Shown here: one piece after another, positions 1-14,900 of the stretch
Position numbering within the stretch: the first letter of the stretch is position 1
Layout: each line of letters opens with the position of its first letter
Origin: Lepidodermella squamata
Lineage: Eukaryota; Animalia; Gastrotricha
DNA length: 64,000 bases
Direction of reading: 5' to 3'
Assembly (NCBI GenBank): GCA_047495785.1
Contig: JBLDXI010000013.1
Span: 4,663,704 to 4,727,703 of the forward strand
Program-made: the position numbers and the translations under genes
Notes under the pieces: model-generated
The model's database searches: none
The model's input: only the letters and a program-made list of their open reading frames with translations
Told to the model about the DNA's origin: nothing

Positions 1-947
1 AATTTGAATAGTGATTTCTTAGTATTTGAAAGTCGCATCTTTAACGAAATATCCCCAACTTAATCGACCGCATCGATAATTGATTTTCAAATTTCAGCAC
101 TTATGTTAGGGTTTAAACAGTAAAAAAAGAGATGTTGCGTATTCAAGGTTTTTCCTATTACTCATCCGAGACCCGAGACTTCAGTTTCAGTTATAGCGTA
201 TACCAATGGCTGTCAAATTAACAGGGCCGAAGTTCGCCTCCACGCCATGCAACACATTTTTGCACCAATAATCACTAATTTTTTTCTAAGATAAGTACAA
301 ATATGCAAATATTCCTCATGGCACAATTTCTCCTTATTCTAAAATGGGGCTTTTGAATTTTTTAGGAAATAATTAAGATCATACTTCTTGGGATCATTAC
401 TTTATTAAGTTTTGCCCCAACGTCAGCCTCATCTGACGACAAACCCAAACCGCGATGACGAGACGTGGTGACTGGCCCTGAGCGCGAACTTGGCCTTACG
501 TGACCGGCTTTAGCCGAGCTCGTGGGCCGTTGATGAACGTTCCGGCCTGGTGGCTCTTTAATTAGGGCCACTTCCGGAGGGGTCAGTCGCTTTCAGAGCG
601 GCTTTTAAAGAAAATACAAAATTCTGGCTTGCAATAATCCTCGATTTCCTATATTCCTTAAGGAATTCAGGCGATTTGTTGGGACTTTTGAATTCTGTGC
701 ATCAAGTTTGCCTTTAATCAACATTTCATGAGGATCGATTTTATCGAAAGTGAGAATGAAAAATCAATCACCCCGTGTATGCATGAAAAAGCTTACGATC
801 TCAAAGTCGCCAAAGAATTCAACGAAATAATTACTGGCAAATCTTGTTCCACCAAAATTTGATTCTGTTTCCAAGTTTTGCCAGTGTGACATATTCGGGG
901 TTTTTAGGCCGCATTTTTAGAACCTAATAGAAATTCGAATAAATTAC

Positions 948-3900
948 CTGCGAATTACGACAGATCTGGCGTCCCAATTTCCATCAATCATCGCCGCAAC
1001 CGAAGGTTCCGACTCCAACTGCTGCCAAGTCTGGCCGTTTGCGCTGAATGTGATGTAGTACCGCGAAATCCAGTGGTCCCACCGCCGCCGGCCCTGCAAA
1101 ACCAGGGCACTGATTTGGTAGGGTGCGCCAAGGTCTAGCTGTAGGAATCCGTCATTTTTATCGCACTCAGACGGACACCAGGCTTGTAACGCCGAGGATG
1201 TGAATAGCGCGTGAGTTGGGTCGCAAGATGCGCCGAAAGTGCCTGGGCATGTCGATCGCGGCTTGGCCGGGGCGCCCATTCTGGCCGAGCTCGAGGCTGC
1301 GAAAGTGATTCCGGCTGGAATTTCACTTGAAATCACTGAGCAGTGGTCGATAGCAGCTAATAAAGAGTGAAAAAATCGCAAAATTAGTGGTAAATTGAAT
1401 CAAGTTATATCAAATCGGGGTTTCACTTTCTATTCCATTTTTTTGCATGATACCTGTGAGATGCATAATCACTGTGAAACAAATTGACAAGTGATTTTAC
1501 GATACCAAATGAAATACAGGGTTTTGAATTGAAGTGACCGTCAATTTTCTCATATGAAAAAATCATATGAGTAAAAATAATCTGTAGATGTTATATCGAT
1601 TAGGAAAACTGATGGAAGTTCAACTTTCGAAATTTCGAATTGGAAAATATTTGGGCTTGGTTTGACGACTTGAGACCGAAAAACTGGACAGTTCGGTAAA
1701 ATGCATTATTTTCAAGGAAATTTTGAAATGCTCAGATTTTGTTTTCAGTTTGACTTCAGTTTCAATTTGATCGAAGCAAAATTATTCATGGCAATTTGTT
1801 TTCTTTTCGAACTATTAAAAAATTTATTATAAATATATTATGGTTCTCAAATTTTTGGATTTTCCATGATTAAATTCAAATAAAATCCCATCAAATTTTA
1901 CGTAATTTTCAGTACTTAAAACACGGAGTAAAATTGATTTGAGAAAATCCTTCGAAAATGACCCTTCAATTGATTGAATTTGACGTGAAGTTTGAAATTT
2001 GTGTTTCCGCTAAGGGCTCGAGGCACCGGAGCCTCATATTCGGTCCAAGCTCTTGGTTCCTCTAATTTTCAACTTCCGACTTCCCTGATCTACCCATGGG
2101 ATGAAGCCAATCGTTCACATCCAATAAAAAATGCAAATTTTATGAACTTACATATGCACATGAAAGTGACTTCGAGGTAGAGCGATCGCAACGGGCAGGC
2201 TAGATTCAACTTCTGGCAATTGCCAAGAATGTTATCACTCGCAAACACGCTGCAATTCGACTTGTCGTTACACAACGCCGAAACGAAGGGCTTCACATCG
2301 AAAAACCCGCAATCCGCCTCAATAGCGCCGTCATCAACCGGATTCTGTTGCCCACACGTCATTTCATTCGGGAAACTGATACGCCCGAAATGCGCCTGAA
2401 CGATGCGAATGACGTCATTCGACCGGCTGCCGAAAGGACCGCCGCAGCTCAACTGAGCAACTGTGTTGTAGCAGATTTGCCGAGTCGTCAGAATCGCCTC
2501 AGCTTGGGGTTGAGGGTTGTAGGGTCCATTCGGGGTGGTCGGTGCGATTGTCGACGTCATCGGCATTTGTGACATAGTAATCGGCATTGGCGTGGTCGTC
2601 GGAGCGCTAGTTGGGATAATCGGGCCGTCTAGGCGTTGGTAGAAGCGGAGATTCACGTCGTTGCTCGAGTCCAGATTGCAGGCCTGGGATTTCGGCAGGC
2701 AGTGCTGTTGGGCGAGGATGTAAGTGAAACCGACGCAGTTTGCCATTGACCGGCAAGTATCGGCGCACTGGTCGCTTGAACAGGGCATGCATTCGCCTTG
2801 GGGTATGGTTCCACTCCAGCAGTTTTGGTTCGGCACCTCCTGGAAGCCGCGCGGGGTTGGGAACCACGTTGTTGCCGTTGGCTGGTTTGTCGTAGGCGCG
2901 GGCGTGGTGGGCGGAGCTCCAACTGAAAAAATTCGAATTAAATAGAATTAAATTAGAGTAAAATCAGATTATCCACATGAACATGATTCCCTAACGCTAA
3001 TTAGAAAATAGGTTGATCAAGAATTAATCTAAACGATAAATCTTGCAAGCAGTAGCTAACTTCCAATACTATTTTTTAAATCAAGTTAGTGTTTTTTACT
3101 ACAGATTCGATTGATTTCGATGAGTTCTTCATCTCCATTATTTTTAAGCTCAAAAACTCTGAATATGACTCTAGTATCAAATCTAGTATCAAATCACCGA
3201 AAAATCTGGAAAAATACCGAAAATTATCGAAAAATTACCAAAATGTGACCTTCGGGGTTTTTATTCCCAATTGTTCTAGTCAATTGCGAAATCAACCTAA
3301 ACTTCGAAATATCGAACTCATCGAACTCCTTTATTTAATTTGATGGAAAACCCATTAGAAAGCAAAATAAAAGAAACTACAGCTGCCCCACAAGTTTTGC
3401 TACGTTTTGAGTTTTCACATTTTTGCTGACTAGTCAATTTTAACGCACTATGACAATGGTACTTAGATCGGTAATTTACGATATTTTACCAGATTAAACA
3501 AAAATTCTGCGCAGTTTTCAATCTTATAGATCATAAACCAGTTCCTACTAGCATTTTCATTGAATTTTGAATTCCCACTGGCCTGGATCGAACATCATAA
3601 ATGCATTTTCCCTTTATACATTTTTGGTTACGATTTGGACAAATATTGTGCCATTCAAAGTCCTTACTATATAGTTGATAACATAGTCACGGTGAAACAG
3701 GTTGACAAGTGATTTTACGGTTCCAAATATAAGACAGGGTTGTGAATCGAACTGACCGTCAATTACCACAGATGAAAAAATTATTCGCTGTTGTTTATGG
3801 ATGAGGCAAAAATAATATATCTTTATAAGTTATATCGGCTAGGCAAGGTCTTGAAAATGGATAGATCTGTTCAAATTTGTCCACGGCTTTTCGGAGACTT

Positions 3901-6900
3901 TCTATGGAAGTTTTATGGAATAAAATTGCTTTTTCGGCGTTAATTCACAAGAGAACTTTTTAACTAAATTTCGAATTTTAAGCTCAGAAAAAGGTGCTAT
4001 TTTCAAGGAATTATCAATTTTATGGTCGCGATTTAGACCAAAATTCAAAGTCCTCACTGATTTTTAGTTATTTTATAATCCTAAAATCATAACTCCATTG
4101 ATCCCAATTGATGCATCTTATTCTCCAGTCAATAATACATAATATATTTAAAGACGTGTTTGGTCAAGGTTGCACTAATTCGAACTAATTATAGCAATGT
4201 AGAAAATAAATTACGTCTCGAGTAGAACACAATATTAGCATCAGGCGAGGGTGTAAAGCACGGCGTGGACACGGGCAAGCAGGTGCGTTCTGGGCCGACC
4301 CAAGTGAAACCGACGCAGTTGGTACTCGCCCGGCAATTCGCGGCGCACTCTTCAATCGAGCACGCCTGGCAAGACAACTGCGCGAGTTGGATCGATGAAA
4401 AGCGGCAATCGAACAAGCTCGGCGGGGCAAAATCAGTAATCGCTTCAAATTATAAAAAAAAATCGTGAACACAATGACAAACAAAAATGTCTAAAAACAA
4501 CTTACGAGGTGGCGGGGTAGGAGCAACGGTAGTTGTGGTGTAGGCGGTTGAATAAACTGAAAATTAGTTATAAAAAATTGGTTATAAATCGGGAAAAAAT
4601 CATTTTAAAATCCCAAAAGCGGTGTAATTATTGACCCAAAAGCTGTTTTTTTCGTATTTTTTTACTTTCAAGCTCTTGCTCATGGGAGCGAGAGTGCTCC
4701 ATGGAGCCGTGGTGAGGGCGCCGGCGCGCACCTCCACCACCACCACCCTCGTGACTGCCGGCGCCGCCGCCGCCGCCCTGGAACATGTGGCGCATGCTGT
4801 TGCGGCGGTTCGAGCGTCCCATGAAACGGATACGCTCGCCCGGGTGGAAGTCGAAGAATACACCTGTGGGTTTTAGGGCGTCATTACTCGGAGCAGCCAT
4901 CGCCCGGGGCAAATTACGCCCGCGGGCTCTAGCCATAGGTGAGAGTGTGGGGACAAGTGAGTCTTGACAGGGTGAATAATGAGAAGCAAAATTAATTCAA
5001 ATGAAAAAAATTCAATTTTTTTAAATTGTTTAAAAAAAAAAATTTCAAACATACCCCGCTCATAGAATCGAATCTGCTCGTTAACAGTCGGGTTACTGCA
5101 TGTCCCACTTTTCGGGATACACCTGCGAAGTTGATACGGAATGTACGTGAAACCACCACATCCAGGTAAGCTATCGCAACGACGGGCGCATTCCTTAGAA
5201 ATTGGAAAAAAATCCATTTTAAAATAATTTATGAAATTAATTAAAATATTTACCAGTGCGCTGCAATCAACGCAACCGCCCTCGGATAGAATATTTCCAT
5301 AACAATTACCAGGCAACAGATGGTATCCAGGAACCTCTGAAAAATGAATGCATTTCTTTTCAATATTTGTCAAATAATTTCGAAAAAAAACATAAAAAAG
5401 CAGGTGAGTGTAGGGCAAAATTATTCATCAAAATTATATTGGGTAAAGCAAATTAAAATTGTTCGGCAAAATCAACGAAATTGCTGCTGGTGATCTTTTT
5501 TCCTCACTTGGAAACACTCTTCTTGTCCCATTTGCAGGTGGTTGCCTTCGAGCTTTCTCACTCACGTCGGCCTTGTTAGAACTCGACCTAGGCGATGGGC
5601 TGATTTTCAACGAGTTCCAAAACGACGCGATCTGAAGCGGGGTTTTATTGCTGACCTCAACCGACCCTGGTAGCCGCGTGAAATCGTGCTTATTATGCGT
5701 ACGAACCGACGCTACATTCCGCAATTCCTCCTCACGAGTCCCGGTCTTAGCGCGATTTCTAGGGCTGATATTCACACTAGGACCCGTTTTGCCTAACCAC
5801 GGCATTGGGGGTAGAGTCGGCCTTTCGCTGGTTAAAACGGGTTTTTTCGTCATGTTATCACTATTGCTATTACCCGACCGGGGATTAGCCGCGCTTCTAG
5901 CAGTAACCGGCAATATTTTCCGCTCTTTAATCGGCCCAATCGAGTAGGGATGTAAAGCACTACTTATCGTAGTCGGTTTTCTAAACACCCTGGGGGTACT
6001 AGTTGAAGTGGTCCTCATCCTTGGGGTAGTCTGTGGCATTGTTTTTACAGTCTGTTTTTTGGCAATTGGCGTTTTCAACGTTGAAGTCGGCGGGGTTTTA
6101 TACTTAATCCGAGGGTAGGGTATGAGACCGATAGGCGACGTTGAAGCTGTTGAATAATTCAATAAATTTCGGAAGAAAGGTTAAAATTTCCAAAGCGTTA
6201 GTTAATTTTTTCGCGATTTTTCTTACCGGCAAAAGTTGCTGGAGGTGTATTGCTATCTGTGGTTGTAATTTCGATGAAAGGCGCTGTTGTTGTTGTCATT
6301 TCGGTAGGCCGCGTTGTGGTCGATCGTTGGGTGGTGGTTGTGTCCGGGTTCGGAGCCCAAGTTGGCAGCGTAGTGCCTTGAGTTGGCCGCGCTGTTGTTG
6401 TGATGATTTCCTCCTTAACGTAGAATTTAACGTCCTCAGCTGGAGGAGGCGATTGGCAAGTTTCCGATTTCGGAACGCATTGACGCTAAAATATATAAGA
6501 ATATAATTTTTAAAAATCACTTCAAAGGGGAAAAATGGCTATTTTCGAATTTTTGAAAATTATTTTAAAATGCCAATTAAATTTATCTATCAATCATCGA
6601 TTAATTTATTTAACTTTTTAAATCGGGATAAATCGTGGCGAATTGTAAGAAATACTTTATTTGATATTACGACTCTAAAATGAGGTAATCCACGGCTAAA
6701 ATTTCCCATTATTCCAATTTATAAGCATTACTAGAAGACCACATTTACTAGAATTTAGCTCAGTGGAATCACCTTTTTAGGTCAAGAAAATTTGCAAAAA
6801 ATCACCTTTGCTAGAACGTAAGTGAAGCCAGAACAGCCGGGCAGAAGTGAGCAGCGTAACGCGCACTCCTCAATCGCGCAATTTTCACATCCCTGCTCGT

Positions 6901-9381
6901 CAATCGGCGAGCCGAAGCAGTTACCCGCCAGCTGTTTATAGCCCGGCAACGGCTTGAACCAAACCGCTGTAGTTGTCGGCCCTTCAGTCTGCGTGGTAGT
7001 CGACTGTGTTGTAGTCGTGGTGGTTGTTCGAGTCGTCGATGGAGTGGTCGTAGTAGACGACGTGGTGGAAGGCGTTGTGGGCGGGTTCGTTCGAGATGTA
7101 CTTACCACCCGGGTTGTGGTCGCATTCGTCTGACCGCCGGGTGTTACAGTACTGCCGCCCGGGTTCATTTTAACATACACGCGCTGCATGTCACTTGTGA
7201 TCTGCTCGCGACATGTTTGCGACAACAGGTCACATTTCTCATTACTGAAAAGAAGTTATCAAAAATTAAATTAAAAAATTGAAATTTTTGAAATTTGACA
7301 AGAAATCGAATTTTCATCGCAAAAATAGGTTTCTTAGAGTATATGCTTACTTGATATAATAAGTGAAGCCAGCGCAATCAGCCCTGCCATTACACCGCTC
7401 CTTACACTCATCGATTCCACAAGGCTGGCAATGGGTTGTCGTATTCGCCACAGGATCGCAATAGCCAGTCAGCAGCGTATAGCCATCGATCACTGAAAAA
7501 TCGAGAAAAAAGTAATGACAAATTCAAAAATCATATTCGCAATTCAAGGCGAAAAGCTGGAAATTTGTTCTTCTCAATCATTCGTTCATTTCAGTCTGGT
7601 TTTCTACTACATAGATTATAGTCAGGATTCTACTCGCGTTTGCAAGCTTTTGCTGTGTATTTTTTAAGCTTGAACCGCACATGTTGTGATCGCAAAGACG
7701 TTTTCCGAGGTCATCCTGCGAAACGCCGCTTTCCATCGAAACACCTCTACACATTTAGCAAGACATAAAAATCCCATATTATTATCCTGTAATAAAAATT
7801 CCAACATTAATCATCTACTAGAAAAGACTACATTTTTTAGTAAATTTCTACTGAAGAAAGCTACGTTATTATTTATCATTAATATTGGCATGCAATTTCA
7901 ACTATTATTTGAGATCAATATCCCACATTTCGCTTGTTAATTAGCATTTTAAGCGGCTTTTTATCAATTCTTACGCTGTAACATTCCCGGATCTTCTGTC
8001 AATAAAGTCTCGAAGACTATTTCGACAAGACAACACGCAAAGTTAGAAACGAACAGTCAAACAAAAATTACAACAAAAAAATTCGAATTTTTTTCCAACT
8101 CACATTTGAAGCTAGGCTGGCCAGGCACTGAAAATAAATTAAGGCGGATTAATCGAAAATTCGATTTAAAAAGTGAAAATTCCTACTTTTTTGGTAGAAT
8201 TTGGTGAATTCATTGGGGAACGGCCGATCGCATGTTTGCCACTTGAGGTAGCAAAGCCGGGTTTGAGAAACGAACGAAAACCCGGCACATCGGGCCGTAG
8301 CTGAGCAGAGCAGTGAGCAGTAATCCACCGTGCAATTTGAACACCCTCCATCGGGCACAACCGCACCAGGGCAGTTGCCGGCTAATAGTCTATAACCAGG
8401 AATCGCTATATAAAAAATTAATTGAGAATAAGAAATGACTTGGGAATTTTTTCAAAAAATATTGCACGCTAAAAAATAACAATGTGAGTACTAAAAAAAT
8501 TGGCGGGTTCAACATAATACAACAGAGTGACTTTTTTCGGTGTCAAAAACAGGCAAACAAACCCGGCGCGTCGGACTGGCGTTTTACACGAACTAAATCA
8601 AGGTTATGTAAGTTAACACATTTTGTTCCCAAAGCACTTTTACGGTAGAAAAATATGTACTTCTCGGGTGCTATTCTTGATACTTACCTGGGAAGACTTT
8701 ATTGTCGTATGCTTCTACGATAGCCTCAGCAGTTTGGCCCGCTTCTTCCTCGACCAATTTCGCATTCGCGTTCACTGCAGCGCTGTCATCGTGGGAAACT
8801 CGAGGCTGGATCAAATATTCCTCTGGAGGGGAAAAAAGAAAAACATTCAAAATCAAGAAAAATTCCGAAAAATTGCCAAAAATTTGGAAAAAAATGGAAA
8901 TCAATATTTAAATTTTTTTTGGAAATTGCATTAATTTCAATCAATTTCAAAGGAAAAATATCAAAATTTAATTAATACAAAAAATCAAAATATATTAAAA
9001 TAATAATTTTTTATTTCTTTTATTACAAATTTTCTCACCTTTTTTGCCGTAGTAATGAACGCGATCGCTGGCCTCTGGAGCGACGCATTTTTCGTTCTTC
9101 AGCAAGCACCGATTTTCGTCGAGGATATACGAAAATCCGACGCAAGTTTGGAGCCGCGAACACGCCGAAGCACAGTCAAGCAGCGTGCAGTAGACGCAAC
9201 TCTGCTCGGCCATCAAGCCGCCGCGGCAATTGCCCGGCAACTGTTCGTAGCCGCCAACGTGCTCGAACACCTTCGTCCACGGGATGTCAGGCCGGCCCAT
9301 TTCGTTGCCGGAAGCAGCAGGGGCTGAGGTAGAGAAAATAACGAAGATTAACGCGAGATGCATGAGCCTGGCGTGGCGCAT
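948..9381 (-). CDS. Secreted multidomain protein: signal peptide, 7 PAN/apple-like Cys repeats, Thr/Pro mucin-like linkers, SUEL/rhamnose-binding lectin domain, F5/8 type C (discoidin) domain; 3' end lies left of the window
   Basis: Phase-consistent GT-AG exons by eye: 9381-9039, 8822-8688, 8405-8187, 8127-8104, 7492-7351, 7244-6806, 6485-6227, 6146-5508, 5336-5254, 5193-5055, 4962-4666, 4556-4506, 4442-4215, 2922-2152, 1356-948. N-terminus MRHARLMHLALIFVIFSTSAPAASG. Repeated C..C..E.CA..C.....C.GF(T/S)Y......C..K...C..P.....FY motif. SUEL-like IRIVQAHFGR...C.DKSNC.V.A.D.ILG.C...YLEVTFMC. Discoidin-like AWCP...FLQLDLG.PYQISALVLQGR...W.SRY.I.FS.NG.TW. Confidence 0.85.
1468..1600 (+). repeat. 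Dispersed intronic repeat, copy 1 (paralog at about 3686-3840)
   Basis: tcactgtgaaacaaattgacaagtgattttacgataccaaat...cagggttttgaattgaagtgaccgtcaatt aligns by eye with tcacggtgaaacaggttgacaagtgattttacggttccaaat...cagggttgtgaatcgaactgaccgtcaatt. Confidence 0.7.
3686..3840 (+). repeat. Dispersed intronic repeat, copy 2
   Basis: Same-orientation diverged match to 1468-1600, in a different intron of the same gene. Confidence 0.7.
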
Positions 9382-11957
9382 CGCAGTTGGCGGACTCTGA
9401 TCACGACTTGTGTAATATCGCTTAAAACAAGTCATGTAATCTTTCTTTTTCGTAAACGCAGAAACAGAATCAAAACTCGTAACAGCGTACCACAACTATA
9501 TCATTAGTGGACGCCTATGTCTGGACGATTTTAAAAAGCTATAAATAGTAAAGAAAATATGAAAAACATGAATAGCAAACATTCACCAACATATATTTTA
9601 GAGTTGAGAGGGCCCACATTTTGCCTAGAAGCCCTACATTCAATTGTGCTAACGCGTTTTCGTTCAATTTACAGGATTAAGATACTTCTAATTATCTAAA
9701 ACTGTGAAAACGTGTGATATCGTATGAAACTCTGCTCTTTTTAGGAATTTAACCAAATTTCGAGGCTATAAATGCCAAAATACCCAAGAATCATAAGGAG
9801 GTTATAATGGCGAAAACCTAAAATCTGGACCGAAAATTAACATATAGCATAGCTAAAATAAGTAGAAATGAAAAGAAAGCGCGCTTTTTTATGGGAAAAC
9901 CAGTAATACCTGGGCAAGTAATTCAGCAAAAAACGAATGTTCTGAATTAATTTAACGAAGCCCGACTTTGTTGACGTCATTAGCAATTACTTTAAAATAG
10001 AATTAGTTTTTCTTATAGAGGACGTTCTGATAAATAAAACGAACTAACTCAAAGCGCCAAAGCGAAAGGGAAAAAGTGAAATCCGGATTGAGATTCAATA
10101 TTATATGGATCTACCTTATCTCCATATGTAAACCTCGCCAAATAAATTGATTAGTCCTTTACCTAAATTTCCGGTTCATAGTTTACCAATATTTTCTTGT
10201 TTACCGAAAACAGGGAATTTATTCAAAGGTAATAGCATCATCTCGATAGATTGAAAAAACTATCAACGAATAACGAAAAATCTTACAGCGGAAGATTTAC
10301 GGATAAAACGGTAAGTTATTGGGAATAAAAAAAATCTGACGAAAAAATTAAGGCGGCGTTAGAGACGCTATAATCGCGTGTATGACGCCAGGTAAGTTAA
10401 TAAACCTAAATTAAACTAAGCCGAAAAAATTAGGTCACGCTGTTAAAATTAGCATGTAAAAATGTGTATAAGTTTGGTGCTGGGGGGCTATGACTAGAAG
10501 CGACCAAGTCCCCCACTCACGAGAGGGGCGATGATAAAATTGAGTGAAATTTCGCGAAAAGGTCATCGCTGCGAAAGCCACCTCGCGGGTAAATACGGCC
10601 GCATATGAGGCGAAACTATTTATAGCTTTGACACGTCTATGTGACAAGTTAAGTTGGCCCATCATCATCATTATGGTCATAATTGCCCGCTCAATCGCGC
10701 TGTACACACGAGAGAAGTGCTCAAACACGTGGTGGTGGTGGTGTGGGTATAGTTATACACTATATGCGCCTTGTGTAATAATAAGACGAAAAACAAGCGC
10801 AATCATTGGTCGGCAAACTTTGACGCTCACAGAATGTTAAACGGATACATTATATTATACGCGAAATATACGCGCAAATATGCAAACACAGCAAACAGAG
10901 GCCACGAGACGATAGTGATGATGATGATGATGAGCGAGATAATAGCCGGGGCGGGTAATTAGCTTCTTCCTTTCTCACCGCCCCGCCCTCTCAGGAATTT
11001 CTCGAGCGCTGTAAGAAATCGCCGTAAATTTCGTGACTAAACGTTTTAGGCGTATAAACGTGCCACTACAATCACGCCCCATTAGCGCGAGTAAATATAT
11101 TATAAAGTGAAATTAAATAACAGGTGGTAAAACTGTGCGGTAAATTAAGAACGGCGCGACACGTGACGCGTTGACCTCGAAAAGGCGGCTGTGAATTCTT
11201 GAGAAAGGCGGCGTCGGAAACGCGCCAACAACTTGAGTGAATTGTAGAGAACGCGTCCCTACATTTCCGAAATGTAAAACTTGAGTTGTCGCTTTTGTTT
11301 ATCACTAGCGTTAGTTAGTTGGTCGTGTGTTGTTGTTTTTCGGGATCGTGAGACAAAAAATCGATTGATCGGATGTTTGCGGGCTAAAACCCGCCCAGGT
11401 TCGGGATCCATCGCGCAAACAAGGTAGGCTGGTTAGGTAGGCGGTTTTTAAGAGCACCCACTTGGCTAATATATTATGTTGTTCGTGTTGTTGGTTGTGG
11501 TGGTGGTGGTGGAAAATTATAACACACAAGGGCGTGTTGTTTGTATCGTGAGCTGCTTCTTCCCACCTCGATATTACTAGGCCGAGGAGCAGCGAAATAA
11601 ATGCATGAATAAAATATAGAGATTGTTTCTTCTGCAGCCACACAGCACATTTTGTCAACAGCCACCACAGCGATGCTATTATTATTATTATTATATTTTC
11701 AAGGCACCGCGACAACAAAGCGATCACCAACGAATGCGTCAGAGGGCGCTAAATATATACCTATACCTACCTAGCAGTGGCTATATAACAAAGAATGTGA
11801 AAAATATACGCGAAAAACGTTTTACAGCTCAAATAAACAAAAAATCGATGCAAAACGCGCCAAACACCTCAATTAAAAGTTTGATAACACATCAGAAATT
11901 CAAATATTATTATTGTTCTTAGACCCAAATAACAAAGCGATTTCCTCTCTTCCTTAC

Positions 11958-14900
11958 CTGAAGTAGGGCTTGTCGTCGGAACGTAGAAAATGCGAGGCGG
12001 CGGCGTGCTGTGCAGCGCCTCGGCCGTCGTCATCTTCATCAGCGGCCGGGCTTGTTTGACAACGGGCGCCGGGCGCGTCGCGGACATAGATTCGCGCACG
12101 CGGAACAGCGGGAAGCCGGCGTTCGGTAGGACTTGCTCGAAATTTGTGTGGAAGTCGTCGTTGCGAATCGAGCTGTCGCAGTAGCCGCAAGTCACGCGGC
12201 ACTCGCGCTCCATGTGCCGCCACTCGGGCGCGTCCCATCGACATGCACCCTAAAATTAATAAAATGAACAAAAATCAATCAAAATCAATCAAGGAAAAAC
12301 AAAGTGACCGCATTGTCACTCTATTCCATTTTTAATTACGCATAAACATTATCGAAAATTGAGCTATATAAGGACCGATCAAAAGATTTAAGAAATAATG
12401 CTGTATTTACATTTTTTTATCAAAATTCGCTGAACATTAAATTGTGCGAATTTCAGCCAATTATTGGCAATTATTAGGTACGCTAAAAATCTGTATTAGG
12501 CTATAAGTTAAATCAATGAAATACTAATTGGTCTCGTCAATAACGAAATTTTACCATATCAAAATATTAAATGGAGCGAGCCCTCACGAAGCTGGAAAGC
12601 GGGAATAAGAACCAACCTGAACGAGAAAAGCCAATTGGGCCACAGTGCTTTGGGTGTTTTGAATACGGATACATGCGATATCAATGCCCAAACGGTTCTA
12701 TATATAGATCTCGCGGTTCTACGATATTTGCGCCAAACGACAACTGAACAAAAGTTTATTTTAATAATAATAATTTATTATAGCTGCGTCTCCGCTAGAT
12801 AATCGGCCAGAATCCCCTTCACGTTGGACCTTTCTCAACGGCCGCAAGAATTAGCGAATCCATGATCGGAGCCAAGGCTCTTCAACGCGGCCTCCTCAGC
12901 TGCCCGCCGGCTGTGATTTTTAAGGTGGTCTATTCGCAGCGAAACCACGAAGGCATGAGATTTCACCATGTTCGGCGGGCGTAGAATGGTTTGTAGGAAT
13001 GGCGGGGCGTCGAAAAAAATAGCTGCAATTGCCGCATCCTGACTGAACCACGCGCCCCATCAACCGATTCCGGGCCAACAAGGCCAAGCGCATCAACATG
13101 CCCGATCCGATCCAAAGGGCTCAGGCAGTTCGGCATGGAATGCGTTAGCGAGCAGGGCGCTTAACTCTGGACCAAACTAATTTCATAATATCAGCGTCAA
13201 CCGAAAACTCGCCGCTCGAAATTCAAGATTGCCATTTGAGGCAACGCTCCAACGCTGTTTTCTTTGCGACTCAGCCATCACAGTCGACCTCGCCGGTTGC
13301 CTCTGACAACACTTTGTACGACTCAGGGCCAAGAGACCCTAGCAATTTTATGATCCAGGGCAGCCGCCGCTTTGTCAAACGACTACAACGCTATCGCCAC
13401 TGGGGTGTAAACGGCACGTTCGCCAGCTCTCCTGTAGGTTTCCCCTAGCTAGTCACGATTCGTGCGTACGTTGAATCCTACGTTGAATCTTCTAGAAAAG
13501 TGCTTGAAAACTTCAGTTCCAGATTCATATCACCTCCTATGGCTCCTCTCAAATATAATCAGAGGCTGCTCAAGTTTGACCTGCTGTACTTTAATCAAAT
13601 GTGGCTAATTCGTGATCTAGCGATGGCTTTTGAAATAATCAATAAATAGTCGCATTCGACAGTTTCTTTCTCAAACCCATAGAGAATAGGTCTGCAAAAT
13701 GCACTTTCAAGAGATGACGAAGAAACTTTGTTGCTAACCATTGCCACCTTTATGGATTGGCATCGGCTTATCAGCTGCCAAGAACTGCTGGCCATGACAA
13801 GCCGAATAGCTGATCGAGAGTTGGGGTTGGAGTGGTATCGGGGCCTGTTACACCGCTACACTGAGGAGGGTCAGCGAGTTCCGTCGAGTAAGAACTACCA
13901 CCGAAAAAACTCCAACGACGAAGATCAACAAGTTTTAGAGGTAACTCTATTCTCTATGATCAAACCTTATCTTCCTTCTACTCGGTAACAAACGTTCCTC
14001 AACATTCATCTTGTCCTGGATGCTTCAGCTTTGTTAGAACGGCCAAATTGTGGAACCTACTGCCCGCCTCTATCAATAGTCTTACATCGCTCAATCTACT
14101 TGCCAATTCGTGTAAACAATTGATATTGGAAAAATGGCCAGGCATTGCAAAACTAAATGAAAGTTATGCTAGCTGTATTTCAGCCTTGAGAGCCGATTTT
14201 CAATTTTCGATTTAAAAGTCAGTGATTTTTCCTATATCAGAATCGTAAAGAATCGCAAGCCGAAATCGTAAAGAATCGTTACAATTTAGAGCCGGGACGC
14301 TTTTATATTGACTCTACTCGACATGAAACCTTGAAATTCCCAGTCAGTTAAGTTTTTCGCCTAAGGATGAGTATGGATCCTTCAACACGTTTATACTCAC
14401 ATTAAATGCCACTTATCAATAAAAAAATATTAACAAAAAATTACCTGTTCTTGAAAAGCGGCGCAGTCAGGCCTGATGTCGGAACACGGTGCGCTACAAC
14501 GAGCGCCGCTCCATCCGGTGTGACACGTGCAGGAGCATGTCTCCTGATCGAAATCGCCGTGAGCGCATGTACTCGCATCAAGTTCGCACGCTAGCGTTAA
14601 AAAATAATTAAAATAATTAAACAATAAATAAAAAATAAAAGATTTGATTACGATGAGAACATTCCTCTTATCCTGGGCCTAAATCATGGATTTTGGAATC
14701 CGAAACTTGGCGAGGTTTTTATCTGCTCTTCCTAATTGCTCGCAATTTCAAGCTGGAAATTTATATTAGTCATATTTCTCCAAATGCGGAATTAACTCCC
14801 CCCGGGATGTAACGTAATCGAAATTTTCTGATTGCTTGTAAACAATTGTTCTCTTAGTTTTTTGAACATATTTGTCTCATTTTTCCGCTACATTGTGTAA

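Noticed and set aside
362-600. GC-rich ORF as a possible next exon of the PAN/lectin gene
   Set aside because: The nearest acceptor gives an in-frame stop and the translation does not complete the discoidin domain.
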